A stretch of 39,004 nucleotides of DNA from assembly GCA_964447495.1 (NCBI GenBank), contig CAYUTF010000007.1, positions 27,313 through 66,316 on the forward strand. The letters are read 5' to 3'. How positions within the stretch are numbered: position 1 is the stretch's first letter; the number at the start of each line of letters is the position of its first letter. The notes under the pieces are model-generated. The model had not been told where the DNA came from. It did no database searches and saw nothing but the letters and a program-made list of their open reading frames with translations. Source of the DNA: an uncultured archaeon (GTDB lineage: Archaea > Asgardarchaeota > Lokiarchaeia > Sigyniarchaeales > SOKP01). A program made the position numbers and the translations under genes. Below are positions 8,328-17,189 of the stretch, piece by piece.

Positions 8328-10202
8328 ATGCCAGGCAACGTTCCAAACATAAGTGACGATACTTTCAACTTTATCAAGGAGTATGCAAAAGTCGTACTTC
8401 AACAAGGCGTTCCTATTACCGATGCGGATTGGAATGAGCTACAGGACATTATTCGTTTGCGAGAAATCAGGCAGAATATTGTAGCTCTTGGGAACTGCCG
8501 GCTGGCCGCTGGGGCGTCGAGCGATACTCCGGGCTTTGTGATCACAGGTACCGGGGCTTCGAACAACTTCACCATTTCCGGAGGGCTTGCTTGTGCTGAC
8601 GGGGTTATTGTGCCTTCTCAGCATGGGGTCAGTGAGCCTGGAGACATTGAGTATGATTCTTCTGATAACTATATGATGGAGGGTACGGTTTCCTCAGTCG
8701 GAGGGGGCAATATAGTCGATGAGCACACGTTCTATTCGTCTTTTATGAATGTGGTGAATTGTCGAATTCGAATGACTTCAGGGACTGAGAGCGGCAATGA
8801 TTTCGTCATATCGGTGTTGGTTAATTCAACCACCCTGACCCTGAGTGGAGGTACTGGCACAATAGCCCCAGGCGATACGTATCTTATGTTACCTCCGGAG
8901 CTTACAACCCCAGGCACTGTCCGGGTTGACCAAGTGTATATCCAGGCATGGTTTGACGACATAAATGCCGAAGAAGATACCGATTTGTTGAATCCTGCTT
9001 TGGGATTGGAGCCATCGCATCGTAGTAAGCTGAGGTCGTGTGTTCGGGTTGCAGAAGGAGGGGTCTCTCCGAGCACTCCTGACCCCTATTCAACGGGAGT
9101 TCGTTATCTGAATATTGGGTATATTGAGCGCAATGTTTCGGATCTCATCCTCCCGTGGTTTTGTTTCCCTGCGGGTGCCTCCCAGGTTAAGTCGGGGTTG
9201 GGGGGAACTGACTTCTACACCACTTTACCCATGTTAGTTTGGCGGAATATGGGAAGGAAAAGCGATGCGGAGGTGGACAGTGCTACCTTCAGTATTTACC
9301 AATGGCAAGACAGGTTCATCCTAGTGAGGGGTGGGTATCTTGAGGCTGATGGACATGTCTTTGTAGGCACAAGTACAACGTATCCTGTTTGGTTCGACAC
9401 CGATGGGTTTGTAAAGTATGGGTCGGACAACACTCCGGGAGCTGATTTAGGCCAGGCGTATCTAGATGATAGTACGTGGGATTCGGAAACTCAGTTTGCT
9501 TCCTCCGGACCGATTTTTAAGGGGGGTGAAATCGCCGTTCACAATACCCTAGCCCTTAAGGAGGGTTCTTTTCTCCAGCTAGAGGATGACGCGCATCTTT
9601 TGGGTGACCCCACTGTGTTGGGGGCTAACCCCATGAAGATGTTTGGTGTGGATGCAGGGCATTATTCCCAGATACATTATAATGATAGCGAGATCTGGTG
9701 GACATTGAACACCACCTATGATCGGGCTACGGGGGAGTTCACTTCAGTTGCCCCGATTTCGGCGAGCTTTCTTGTCCGGTTTATTGATGGGGGTTTTCGT
9801 CTAATGTACCATGCTTTTTCATATACTGCGTGGACAATAGGTGAATGGACAAATGAAGTAATTGTTGACCCCTTGATGGTACATGCGAAAGATTTCAATC
9901 TTACCAGGGAGTTGCAGACCTATATTGTGGGTCAAGAAAGGGTCTTTTCGCGCAGGATGGGGTTTTTAGCGGTGAGGCTGCATCATACCATGCAGGGTAA
10001 GCATGTGGCTTTGTTTCGGACTGAAGAAAATGATGCCTTGTTTGAGATGATAAGCGGAAACAGTGGGTATTTTTCGATTAATGAAAACGAAGCGGGGCGC
10101 GTAAATGTTTATCCTGAAGGTTCAGACCAGGTAAGGATTCAGAATAAGCTGACACAGCAAGTGGATATAGGGTATGGTTACATAGACATGACGGGTGTCT
10201 AG
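8328..10202 (+). CDS. Tail fibre with N-terminal DUF6519/DUF4815-like domain
   Basis: Strong AGGAGGAGG RBS. N-terminal DTFNFIKEYAKVVLQQGVPITDADWNELQDI matches the 'V.xQQG....DADWNE' baseplate-attachment motif of contractile systems. Confidence 0.7.
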   Translation: MPGNVPNISDDTFNFIKEYAKVVLQQGVPITDADWNELQDIIRLREIRQNIVALGNCRLAAGASSDTPGFVITGTGASNNFTISGGLACADGVIVPSQHGVSEPGDIEYDSSDNYMMEGTVSSVGGGNIVDEHTFYSSFMNVVNCRIRMTSGTESGNDFVISVLVNSTTLTLSGGTGTIAPGDTYLMLPPELTTPGTVRVDQVYIQAWFDDINAEEDTDLLNPALGLEPSHRSKLRSCVRVAEGGVSPSTPDPYSTGVRYLNIGYIERNVSDLILPWFCFPAGASQVKSGLGGTDFYTTLPMLVWRNMGRKSDAEVDSATFSIYQWQDRFILVRGGYLEADGHVFVGTSTTYPVWFDTDGFVKYGSDNTPGADLGQAYLDDSTWDSETQFASSGPIFKGGEIAVHNTLALKEGSFLQLEDDAHLLGDPTVLGANPMKMFGVDAGHYSQIHYNDSEIWWTLNTTYDRATGEFTSVAPISASFLVRFIDGGFRLMYHAFSYTAWTIGEWTNEVIVDPLMVHAKDFNLTRELQTYIVGQERVFSRRMGFLAVRLHHTMQGKHVALFRTEENDALFEMISGNSGYFSINENEAGRVNVYPEGSDQVRIQNKLTQQVDIGYGYIDMTGV

Positions 10203-10248
10203 GCCAAAAGCTGTTGCCCCGGGCTAACGGGGTGTAAGGAGGAAATGC

Positions 10249-10779
10249 ATGGCCAGTACAATGAGTAAAAGGGACATTCTTGCAGTGTCTGCCAGTGGTA
10301 TAGCTACCAGAAAGCTTCATCAGTGGTTGCAGGATGCCCGAAACGACATGGTGAATTTAGCGGCGGGAGCCACTATATATCACCAGGGAATCGATGACGG
10401 AGCATTGGAGGGCCGTGCAGACGCGGCCGTAACTCTTGCTTCGGCACTCGAGTTGGCGAATTCTTTGCGTCGGAAGATCGTGGCGCATTTTGTCTCCACC
10501 GGTCAAGCGGGAGCGCATGCAATCGCAGACGCAGTGAATGCTATCGCGGCGCCGGCGGCGACAGACCTTGCGACGGGTCTAACGTTGGTGAATGAGTTGG
10601 CGACGGATTTTGATGCGCATTTGAGTCAGCCAAATGTGCATCTTAATGATGACGGCATCAACGCGGTTGGTGGGGCTGATGCGACAGACCTTGCGACGTT
10701 GATCACGAGAGTAAATTTAGTCAAAGCTAAATACAACCTCCATACGGCGGCGGCTTTGACCTCAGCGTATGTTCTGTAG
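10249..10779 (+). CDS. Ala-rich protein with three ~41-aa His-containing repeats (possible decoration/fibre protein)
   Basis: AAGGAGG RBS. Repeats AVTLASALELANSL..IVAH / ATDLATGLTLVNEL..FDAH / ATDLATLITRVNLV..YNLH. Confidence 0.6.
   Translation: MASTMSKRDILAVSASGIATRKLHQWLQDARNDMVNLAAGATIYHQGIDDGALEGRADAAVTLASALELANSLRRKIVAHFVSTGQAGAHAIADAVNAIAAPAATDLATGLTLVNELATDFDAHLSQPNVHLNDDGINAVGGADATDLATLITRVNLVKAKYNLHTAAALTSAYVL
10558..10698 (+). repeat. 18-bp exact direct repeat GCGACAGACCTTGCGACG (two copies, 123 bp apart)
   Basis: Copies at 10558-10575 and 10681-10698, both encoding ATDLAT. Confidence 0.9.
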
Positions 10780-10788
10780 GAGGAGCAA

Positions 10789-11178
10789 ATGAGCGTATTA
10801 AAAGTTGGTTACAATGTTTTTGCAGGGGCCTCTCAAGCCGGAACGAATTCCGGAACCCCCGGGGTGGTTCAGGCAGAGGTTAATCAGAGCAAAGCGTATT
10901 TCATGAAGATTACAGAGCTGCCTGGCGGTACATACTGGAACAACACCACAAAAGCGTTCCAGGGAGGAGCCCCGGCACAGGCGGATGAAATCCAGATCCA
11001 GGGGTCCTGTCCCTATTCGGGGTCTCCGAACACCATCCGGCGGCTTTCCGACCGTATTCCCTACGAAGCGCTCGCGGGAATTGGTGTTGGCGGCTGCACT
11101 CTCACCATATATGCCGATGGGGATGACCCAGCGACAGAAGGTGTGTCGATTACGCTTGCATACAAGCCGGATGCATAG
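10789..11178 (+). CDS. Hypothetical (probable structural) protein
   Basis: AGGAGGAG RBS. Gly/Thr-rich beta protein directly upstream of the terminator. Confidence 0.65.
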   Translation: MSVLKVGYNVFAGASQAGTNSGTPGVVQAEVNQSKAYFMKITELPGGTYWNNTTKAFQGGAPAQADEIQIQGSCPYSGSPNTIRRLSDRIPYEALAGIGVGGCTLTIYADGDDPATEGVSITLAYKPDA

Positions 11179-11203
11179 TATAAAGAGTCACCTCTAAGCC
11201 ATG

Positions 11204-11252
11204 GCCCTCTTGTGGTTCCTTGCTAACACCCCACAAGAGGGCATCTTTTTTT
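11204..11252 (+). terminator. Rho-independent terminator
   Basis: 12-bp perfect stem GCCCTCTTGTGG (11204-11215) / CCACAAGAGGGC (11231-11242), 15-nt loop, then a T7 run at 11246-11252. Confidence 0.8.
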
Positions 11253-11275
11253 CAGCCAAAAATTCAGGAGGAGTC

Positions 11276-11662
11276 ATGGAAACGTTCAAGGAAGCTTGGG
11301 AGTTTATGTCGGAATCTATCTGGCCGCATTGGATAGGGATATTTTACACTCTCGTGGTATCGGTAACAGCACAGACGGTGAAAACCAGGGTTCTAACCCC
11401 GGAATATGCTCGAAAGTACCGGGTTGTTTTCTGGATACGGAGAGTCTTTCCGTTAACGCTCATAGGGTTAAGCGCTCTGATTGGGTGCATCGTCCAGAGC
11501 GAGGTCGCTCCGGGAGTAGTCTCTCTAGGGCACAGAGTATTATATTTTAGTGCATGTGCATGTTTTGCTATAATCGGATATGACATTGTGAAGCAATGGG
11601 CAAAAAAGAGGTATGATGTTGATTTAAATATCGGAGGTAAAGATGTTCTTAAGCTGGATTAA
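11276..11662 (+). CDS. Putative holin (three TM segments)
   Basis: ATG at 11276 follows AGGAGGAG; the listed 11201 start lies at the terminator hairpin. Three hydrophobic segments and a basic C-terminus (YDIVKQWAKKRY). Confidence 0.55.
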   Translation: METFKEAWEFMSESIWPHWIGIFYTLVVSVTAQTVKTRVLTPEYARKYRVVFWIRRVFPLTLIGLSALIGCIVQSEVAPGVVSLGHRVLYFSACACFAIIGYDIVKQWAKKRYDVDLNIGGKDVLKLD

Positions 11663-11993
11663 GTCGGCTTTTTCTTGGGTCAAAAATAATGTGGCGTTAA
11701 TCGCCGTTGCCGTTGGTGGGGTTATCGCCATGTTGTTTGCTGTCTCCCATGAGAAAAGCAAAATTAGAGGTATAGAGTTAACAAAGGAGATGGAAAAGCT
11801 TCAAAGTGATAAAAAGAACATGGAAGCCGTTCGTAAACTGTATATAGAAGACATTAAAAAGGATTCTATTGAAGTAAAAATCATTAAAGAAGAAGTCGAG
11901 AAGATCGACAAGAAGATTGAGAGGGTTAAAAATGAAGTTAAACAGCTTGAGCCGTCAGAAGTTGTTAATCGCTTTAATAGCCTGTATGGTTAG
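11643..11993 (+). CDS. N-terminally anchored coiled-coil protein (i-spanin-like)
   Basis: GGAGG RBS. TM segment VALIAVAVGGVIAMLFAV followed by a Lys/Glu coiled coil. Follows the holin. Confidence 0.5.
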   Translation: MFLSWIKSAFSWVKNNVALIAVAVGGVIAMLFAVSHEKSKIRGIELTKEMEKLQSDKKNMEAVRKLYIEDIKKDSIEVKIIKEEVEKIDKKIERVKNEVKQLEPSEVVNRFNSLYG

Positions 11994-12390
11994 TCTGTCG
12001 GCCAGCGCTCAATCCGTAAGGTTGGAGTTCAACGGGAAGTCTGGAGTATGGTTCCCCGACGATATGAGCAATCGGATTTTAAGCGATGTAGAAACTATCC
12101 CTCTTCTCAAGGAAAAGATTCAATTACTTGAGGAGAGTCTCAAGTTAAGTGAAAACTCACTTAATAAAGCCGTAAGTCTGGAGACTGTGGAACATGGGCA
12201 CATGGAGATGCTCTACTTAAGCTTGGAGGGGTCTATCAAGGCACTTGAGGGCGCATGGGAAGAGAACGATAAGCTAAAGAGGTCTAAAAGTCCGTGGTGG
12301 AAGCACCCAGCGGTATGGTTTACGGTGGGGGTTGCAGTAACTTCGGGGGTTCTGGTCGGAGCTACACAGGTAATAAAAGTATCTAAGTAG
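11932..12390 (+). CDS. Exported coiled-coil protein with C-terminal TM (spanin-like)
   Basis: ATG at 11932 overlaps the upstream gene. Signal peptide with possible lipobox LIAC or an SASA cleavage site. C-terminal WWKHPAVWFTVGVAVTSGVLVG TM. Confidence 0.5.
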   Translation: MKLNSLSRQKLLIALIACMVSLSASAQSVRLEFNGKSGVWFPDDMSNRILSDVETIPLLKEKIQLLEESLKLSENSLNKAVSLETVEHGHMEMLYLSLEGSIKALEGAWEENDKLKRSKSPWWKHPAVWFTVGVAVTSGVLVGATQVIKVSK

Positions 12391-12396
12391 CACTTC

Positions 12397-12424
12397 TTGA
12401 CAAAACGCCATCTTCAATTACACT
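12397..12424 (+). promoter_or_regulatory. Sigma70-type promoter TTGACA-N16-TACACT
   Basis: Perfect -35 in the intergenic gap at the late/early boundary, with context TTGACAAAA. Confidence 0.65.
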
Positions 12425-12530
12425 TACTGTACATGAAACTTTATTAGGGTTTGTGTAAAGTGAATAGAGTTTATTAGGTCTATTGCGGGGTATAGGCAGA
12501 CGGAGAGCTGCATTCCCGGGAAGGTATTAA

Positions 12531-13901
12531 ATGGAAAAATTATTTTTCACAATGACTCCTGAGTACACGATGAATTGGGGCTTATGGGAGGGGCTAAGGG
12601 AGCTGTTACAGAACTCTCTAGACGAGCTTGACCAAGGGGCGGAGATGAAAGTGTTTTATGTAAACGACACTTTGTATGTCCGTACTATGGGAGACGAGAT
12701 TGGTGTAGATTCTTTTTTATTGGGAGAATCCGGAAAGAGGGAAATTAAGGGCTTGCGTGGAAAGCACGGGGAGGGATTGACTCTAGGGCTCATGGCTTTA
12801 TGCCGAGCTGGCATAAAAGTCTGGGTGAACTCCGGGGATTATTCATGGGAGCCCTCGTTTGAGATGGTAAATACTCTTAATGGATTTGTTATCAATAGAG
12901 ATTTATTTTGTTTGACACAGAAACCGGTCAATGAACGTTACACACAAGAAGTTCTTGTAGGTATATGTCTTCCCCCCGATGTATGGGAAGAGTACAAGTT
13001 TAAATTTTTACCCCTTGTAGAAGAGACAATTCCAATGGACAAGTTCCATAAAGCACCAATGGGTACCTTGATTTTGGATAAACGGTTTTCTGGGATGATA
13101 TATTCCAAGGGTATATATGTCCAAACAAGAGACGATTTCGAGTATGGTTATGATTTGAATAATCTTACTCTTGACAGGGATAGGAACATGTTACCGGATT
13201 TTGATGTAAAGTGGGAAGCCGGGCAGGTACTATCTCATTATGAACGACAGGGTAAGTCTAGAGTAGTTTACGATTTGATTTTTCAAGATAAGCCGGAATG
13301 CACTTTTCCGAATCTATCTTCTGATGGTTATGAAAGGCTTGGCAAGTTCTTTCAAGAGGACCACGGTGAGGATGCAGTTCCAGTTATTTCAGAAGAAGAG
13401 TCTTCAGTTGTTCGTAGGGCTGGAAAGGTTCCAGTTATTGTATGTGGTAAAGTAAAAGAGTCATTGAAAAAGTCTAACGTTCCAGCTGTTTCGGATTTAG
13501 AAAATGACTATTCGGTACAAGTTGTAAGAACAATTCCAGGGGATGAGATAACAGACTCACAGAGTGAGGTATTAGATTATATATTTGGTTCATACTTTAA
13601 GCTTATTGGGAGGATAACTACAAATACGCCGCAGGAAGTTGATAAAGAGTTTGTTGATTTTCTACTCTCTATTAAGTTTAAAGTAGATGTTGTAGAGTTA
13701 TCACGAGAAGAAGCTTATTATTGTATTGATTATAATAATGAAGTTATCGGCATAACCTGTGAAGCGCTGCGGAGTCGAGAATTTGCTCTACGAACCATAT
13801 TTCGTAGTATTGCAAGTTATGCAGTAGCAAAGGAAAAGGTCTCTACAGTTTTAACAGGAGTGGAATATTTATGGTCCATGTGTTATGCTTTTCCAACCTG
13901 A
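12531..13901 (+). CDS. GHKL (HATPase-like) ATPase domain protein
   Basis: N-box LRELLQNSLDE, then LLGESGK and GKHGEGL G-boxes. Confidence 0.75.
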   Translation: MEKLFFTMTPEYTMNWGLWEGLRELLQNSLDELDQGAEMKVFYVNDTLYVRTMGDEIGVDSFLLGESGKREIKGLRGKHGEGLTLGLMALCRAGIKVWVNSGDYSWEPSFEMVNTLNGFVINRDLFCLTQKPVNERYTQEVLVGICLPPDVWEEYKFKFLPLVEETIPMDKFHKAPMGTLILDKRFSGMIYSKGIYVQTRDDFEYGYDLNNLTLDRDRNMLPDFDVKWEAGQVLSHYERQGKSRVVYDLIFQDKPECTFPNLSSDGYERLGKFFQEDHGEDAVPVISEEESSVVRRAGKVPVIVCGKVKESLKKSNVPAVSDLENDYSVQVVRTIPGDEITDSQSEVLDYIFGSYFKLIGRITTNTPQEVDKEFVDFLLSIKFKVDVVELSREEAYYCIDYNNEVIGITCEALRSREFALRTIFRSIASYAVAKEKVSTVLTGVEYLWSMCYAFPT

Positions 13902-13954
13902 GTTTAATTGTACAGGTCAGAGTGTGTGAGGTTTTGAAAATAGTTGTTTTTCTG

Positions 13955-13984
13955 TTGACTCCTATATTGTGTATTGTGTAAGGT
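13955..13984 (+). promoter_or_regulatory. Possible promoter TTGACT-N18-TAAGGT upstream of the initiator gene
   Basis: Near-consensus -35 in a 209-bp AT-rich gap. The spacer contains tandem TATTGTG. Confidence 0.35.
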
Positions 13985-14110
13985 AGTACGCGGAGTTAGC
14001 GTTTGAATAGATAAGAATTTTGTAAACTGGGGACTATATAGTTATGCCGAGATCTTTGCTTGTTAAAGATGTATGGACCGTTGTGTTAACCCTTTTGACT
14101 AGGAGTATCC

Positions 14111-15220
14111 ATGTGCATTGAGGTATCTAGAGTGTTGGCGTATCCAGGATTAAGTGATAGAGAGGTCCGGATTATCTTGACTATCGACGAGTTATCGAGG
14201 GTTAAGGATGTGATTAAAGAGGACCTAATCACATACTTATCGATAAGTAAATCGACGGTTGAGAGGGTATTACGGAGTTTAAAACAAAAAGGAATACTTC
14301 TAATGAAAAGAAGTGGTCCGTATCGGTGGATATATTCCTTTACTGCGGGTCTTCATTCGGATGACGATGCAGTGGGTCTTCATCCGGATGACGCCTCGGG
14401 GAACCTTCAGACGGGGGGTTCTGCAGTGGGTCTTCAGTCAGATGAAGACCCACAAGAAAGAGATACTCTTTCTTTCTTCTTCTTCTCTTCCCTAGATCTA
14501 CTTAAAAAGAATAATACTTATTTGGGTCCCCCAAATGTGACTCTTCACCTGAGTGAAGACCCACGAATCAAGATGTCGCCATTGAGGTTTAAGCAGAGGA
14601 GCTCCTTGTCAGATGCGCTTGAAGAAGTCGTTTCTAGACCCCCGAAGAAGAAACCCCCGAAGAAGCCGTTTAGTTGGCCGAGTAGAGAAGAACGTCTTAG
14701 AGATAAAATGGAAAGCAAGTCTCTTGACGAATACAACTGCAACGATATGCGATTTGTCTTTGAAGATGCGTGGAGTGATAAAGGTTGGAAGGGGAGCATT
14801 CCTAGGTGGGTGGGGAAGGACCACGGACTTATGAAACGCCTTATTGTTAATTACGGTGCTGAGCAAGTTGTCTTGTACGTTAAGTACGTAATTAAAAATT
14901 GGGAAGATATATGTCGGAGATATAAGATTCACGGTTACCCCACGGTTGGGATATTGTCCGCGTACAGTAGGTCTCTTTATCCTGAGATGGTTAACGGGTT
15001 GCCCGTTGTGCATGATAACGAGTATCGGGATAGGTCCATGGTGGTGGATGAAAGTGTCGAGAAGTTTAGAGAGACCCGTGGGATGAGCAAGGAGGAACGG
15101 GAAGCGGAGTCTCGTTTAGCCTTGAAGTATGGTTTAGGGGATTACGAGCTACAGCTCATATCGTCCAGGGGATTGAGTGTTGAAGAATTTATTGCCGAGA
15201 CCTTTGGCGAGGACAGTTAG
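14111..15220 (+). CDS. Replication initiator (lambda O-like architecture: N-terminal wHTH, internal origin, C-terminal domain)
   Basis: AGGAG RBS. HTH LSISKSTVERVLRSLKQKGIL. The linker is encoded by iteron repeats, and the gene lies just upstream of a DnaC-like gene. Confidence 0.7.
   Translation: MCIEVSRVLAYPGLSDREVRIILTIDELSRVKDVIKEDLITYLSISKSTVERVLRSLKQKGILLMKRSGPYRWIYSFTAGLHSDDDAVGLHPDDASGNLQTGGSAVGLQSDEDPQERDTLSFFFFSSLDLLKKNNTYLGPPNVTLHLSEDPRIKMSPLRFKQRSSLSDALEEVVSRPPKKKPPKKPFSWPSREERLRDKMESKSLDEYNCNDMRFVFEDAWSDKGWKGSIPRWVGKDHGLMKRLIVNYGAEQVVLYVKYVIKNWEDICRRYKIHGYPTVGILSAYSRSLYPEMVNGLPVVHDNEYRDRSMVVDESVEKFRETRGMSKEEREAESRLALKYGLGDYELQLISSRGLSVEEFIAETFGEDS
14345..14564. repeat. Putative replication origin: palindromic iterons plus AT/pyrimidine-rich tract
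   Basis: (T/C)CTTCA cores at 14350, 14377, 14404 and 14431 give an exact 27-bp period, with another at 14542. Perfect GTGGGTCTTCA-N6-TGAAGACCCAC at 14426-14453. CT/AT-rich tract at 14461-14523. Confidence 0.75.
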
Positions 15221-15301
15221 TGGAGTAAAGGCAATTAAGGCTGGATGTTTTATGCTATATTCTTTTTGATGTTGTTGATGAAAAGCATAAGTGGAGGAGC
15301 A

Positions 15302-15604
15302 ATGGCCAGCGAGAAACGAACAGTAAGTCCAAGAAGTTTGATTCGGTGCAAGCACATATTCATAACCCCGGACGAGACGGGGAAGAAATTTTGGGTAAAG
15401 CTTATCGATTTTACTTCAGGGAAAACCATCGGGCATTCCGGGGGCCGTATAGTGCATGTGTTAAAGGCATATAGCGAGAATGATATTGTGAGGTTCTGCC
15501 GAGATTGGGCAGTTCGATTTAGGGTCCCTCCGGAGGCAATCATACGGGGAAAAACCCCGGAGAAGTATCACGAAGAGTTTAAAGAGACATGGGGGGTTGG
15601 ATGA
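15302..15604 (+). CDS. Hypothetical protein
   Basis: ATG at 15302 follows GGAGGAG. The stop overlaps the next start (ATGA). Confidence 0.6.
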   Translation: MASEKRTVSPRSLIRCKHIFITPDETGKKFWVKLIDFTSGKTIGHSGGRIVHVLKAYSENDIVRFCRDWAVRFRVPPEAIIRGKTPEKYHEEFKETWGVG

Positions 15605-16221
15605 CGAAGCTCCGAAGAGGTCACATGCATCTGATGAATATTGGGGTGAAATATTGGAAGGCAACCAGAGCGGATTTAAGTGAAGCCCAGAAAGCCGCTT
15701 GTGGGTATTACCTTTCTCATATGGATGAGTTTGTACCTTCTGGAGTTGGGGTATTTTTGCATGGGGATAACAGCGTCGGTAAGTCCTATTTGGGCGCTGT
15801 CATGTGCAAAGTTGCTTGGGGGCTTTATGGATACCCAAGTTTCTGTGTAACGGCTTCGGAGCTGAAGGATGCATGGGTTTCGGATAGGCCCGTGTATCCG
15901 GAAGCAAGACAAACTGTTAGCGAAAGAGCAAACGATGTTCGATTTTTAGTTATAGATGATCTGGGTAAGGAGTACAGAGCCAGTTCGGGGTTTGCTGAGA
16001 ATCGATTTGGGGCCTTGATTAGAAGTCGGGTACGGGATGGTAAGGTTACAGTTATAACTACAAACTTTTCTTTGAATGATTTCGAGGGGACTTATGGGCG
16101 GTCCACTTGTGAGTTGGCTCGCGAGAGTATGCACATAATAAATTTGGTCGATGTTAATCATAGGAGTGCTGAGGCGTATAAATTGCTGAAGCAGGTATCA
16201 AAGTTTCAAGGAGTAAAGTAA
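15601..16221 (+). CDS. DnaC/IstB-like AAA+ helicase loader
   Basis: Walker A GDNSVGKS, Walker B FLVIDDLGKE, IRSR and ITTN motifs. Confidence 0.85.
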   Translation: MTKLRRGHMHLMNIGVKYWKATRADLSEAQKAACGYYLSHMDEFVPSGVGVFLHGDNSVGKSYLGAVMCKVAWGLYGYPSFCVTASELKDAWVSDRPVYPEARQTVSERANDVRFLVIDDLGKEYRASSGFAENRFGALIRSRVRDGKVTVITTNFSLNDFEGTYGRSTCELARESMHIINLVDVNHRSAEAYKLLKQVSKFQGVK

Positions 16222-17189
16222 TGGCTAGAGTGCAAGTGGTTAATTTTGGTAAGTATCGAGGGATGAGTATAAAAGGGGACACGATTATGAACCCCCCGAT
16301 ACCCGAGAATCACCTAGACGAGGCGTCGTGGTTGACCGCAATGGTCGAGAGCAACGGTCGTTTTGGGTGTGTTATGAATTATGATGGGACGGGAATGACT
16401 GCGGGTATCCATCAGGCAATCGCGGTTTATCCTTCGGCTCTTGCAGATAATAATCGAGCCAATGACCAGGGGCCATTGTGGCAGTTGCTGGAGGTGTTTA
16501 GGACTCTTGATTTAACTTCCGCTATTGATCGTCATCTTAAAGAATACGGCGTGTATCCATCCATGGATGGCCTGTGTGTTTCTGAGGCTACCGGTAAGCC
16601 TGTTACAGGTCAGTTTATTCGGGAGATGTTTACCGGCGATGCAGAGGGCATCATGCCTCTAGAGGGCAAAGGAAGAAGGGAGTGCCGTAGATGGCTTGTG
16701 GAGTTTCATGAGGCGTTTTCAGAGCCCTACGGATTGGTTGCGCAGTTGAATTACGGTAAGCGTCATTTCGAGGCCATGAGCCGGCGTAGGCTTCGTTTTT
16801 GTCGTAACGATAAGCATGAAAAAATGACTTTGTCAGAGGTGTTCTATGATGGGGTTTCGTTGTCCTCGGTTTGGGGTTTGCCGGATCATTACAGTTTAGC
16901 TATGAGTATGTTTTGGAGCCATTCAGTGAATGCTCCTGGGTATGCTCTAAAAGTTCTTTGTAGAAAAGTTGTTGATAAGCTTGGACTCGAAGCCATAAAG
17001 GAGCAGAGTCCAATGGTTTCTAAAGCTATTGTTGCGGCTTTCGGTAATTCTTCGTTTGGTCGTTGGAGCGATGACCTGAAAAACGGTCGGTATCAGAGAA
17101 CCCGGAACTATGCTAAGCAGTATTGGGAAGCAGGGTTGTTTGATGTAGAGTGCATTATGCCGTATAAAGTATCCAGGAGGACAGCATGA
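16221..17189 (+). CDS. Putative lysozyme-fold peptidoglycan hydrolase
   Basis: AMVESNGRFGCVMNYDGTGMTAGIHQ resembles the E-S-x-G...N-Y-D...G-x-x-Q lysozyme-like catalytic motif. Confidence 0.45.
   Translation: MARVQVVNFGKYRGMSIKGDTIMNPPIPENHLDEASWLTAMVESNGRFGCVMNYDGTGMTAGIHQAIAVYPSALADNNRANDQGPLWQLLEVFRTLDLTSAIDRHLKEYGVYPSMDGLCVSEATGKPVTGQFIREMFTGDAEGIMPLEGKGRRECRRWLVEFHEAFSEPYGLVAQLNYGKRHFEAMSRRRLRFCRNDKHEKMTLSEVFYDGVSLSSVWGLPDHYSLAMSMFWSHSVNAPGYALKVLCRKVVDKLGLEAIKEQSPMVSKAIVAAFGNSSFGRWSDDLKNGRYQRTRNYAKQYWEAGLFDVECIMPYKVSRRTA

Noticed and set aside
6535-10202. Bacterial extracellular contractile injection system locus (DUF6519-type genes)
   Set aside because: The genes are contiguous with lysis and a full phage replication module, so a phage tail is the simpler reading.
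11201-11275. N-terminal extension of the holin ORF
   Set aside because: It overlaps the terminator hairpin, and a strong RBS supports ATG 11276.
13902-14110. tRNA or structured ncRNA in the largest intergenic gap
   Set aside because: No cloverleaf, T-loop motif or convincing long stem was seen; it looks like a promoter region.
14345-14453. 27-bp periodic palindromic repeats as a mini-CRISPR array (Cas4-like gene present)
   Set aside because: There are no spacer-length unique sequences, the repeats are degenerate and in frame within a gene, and the layout fits iterons.
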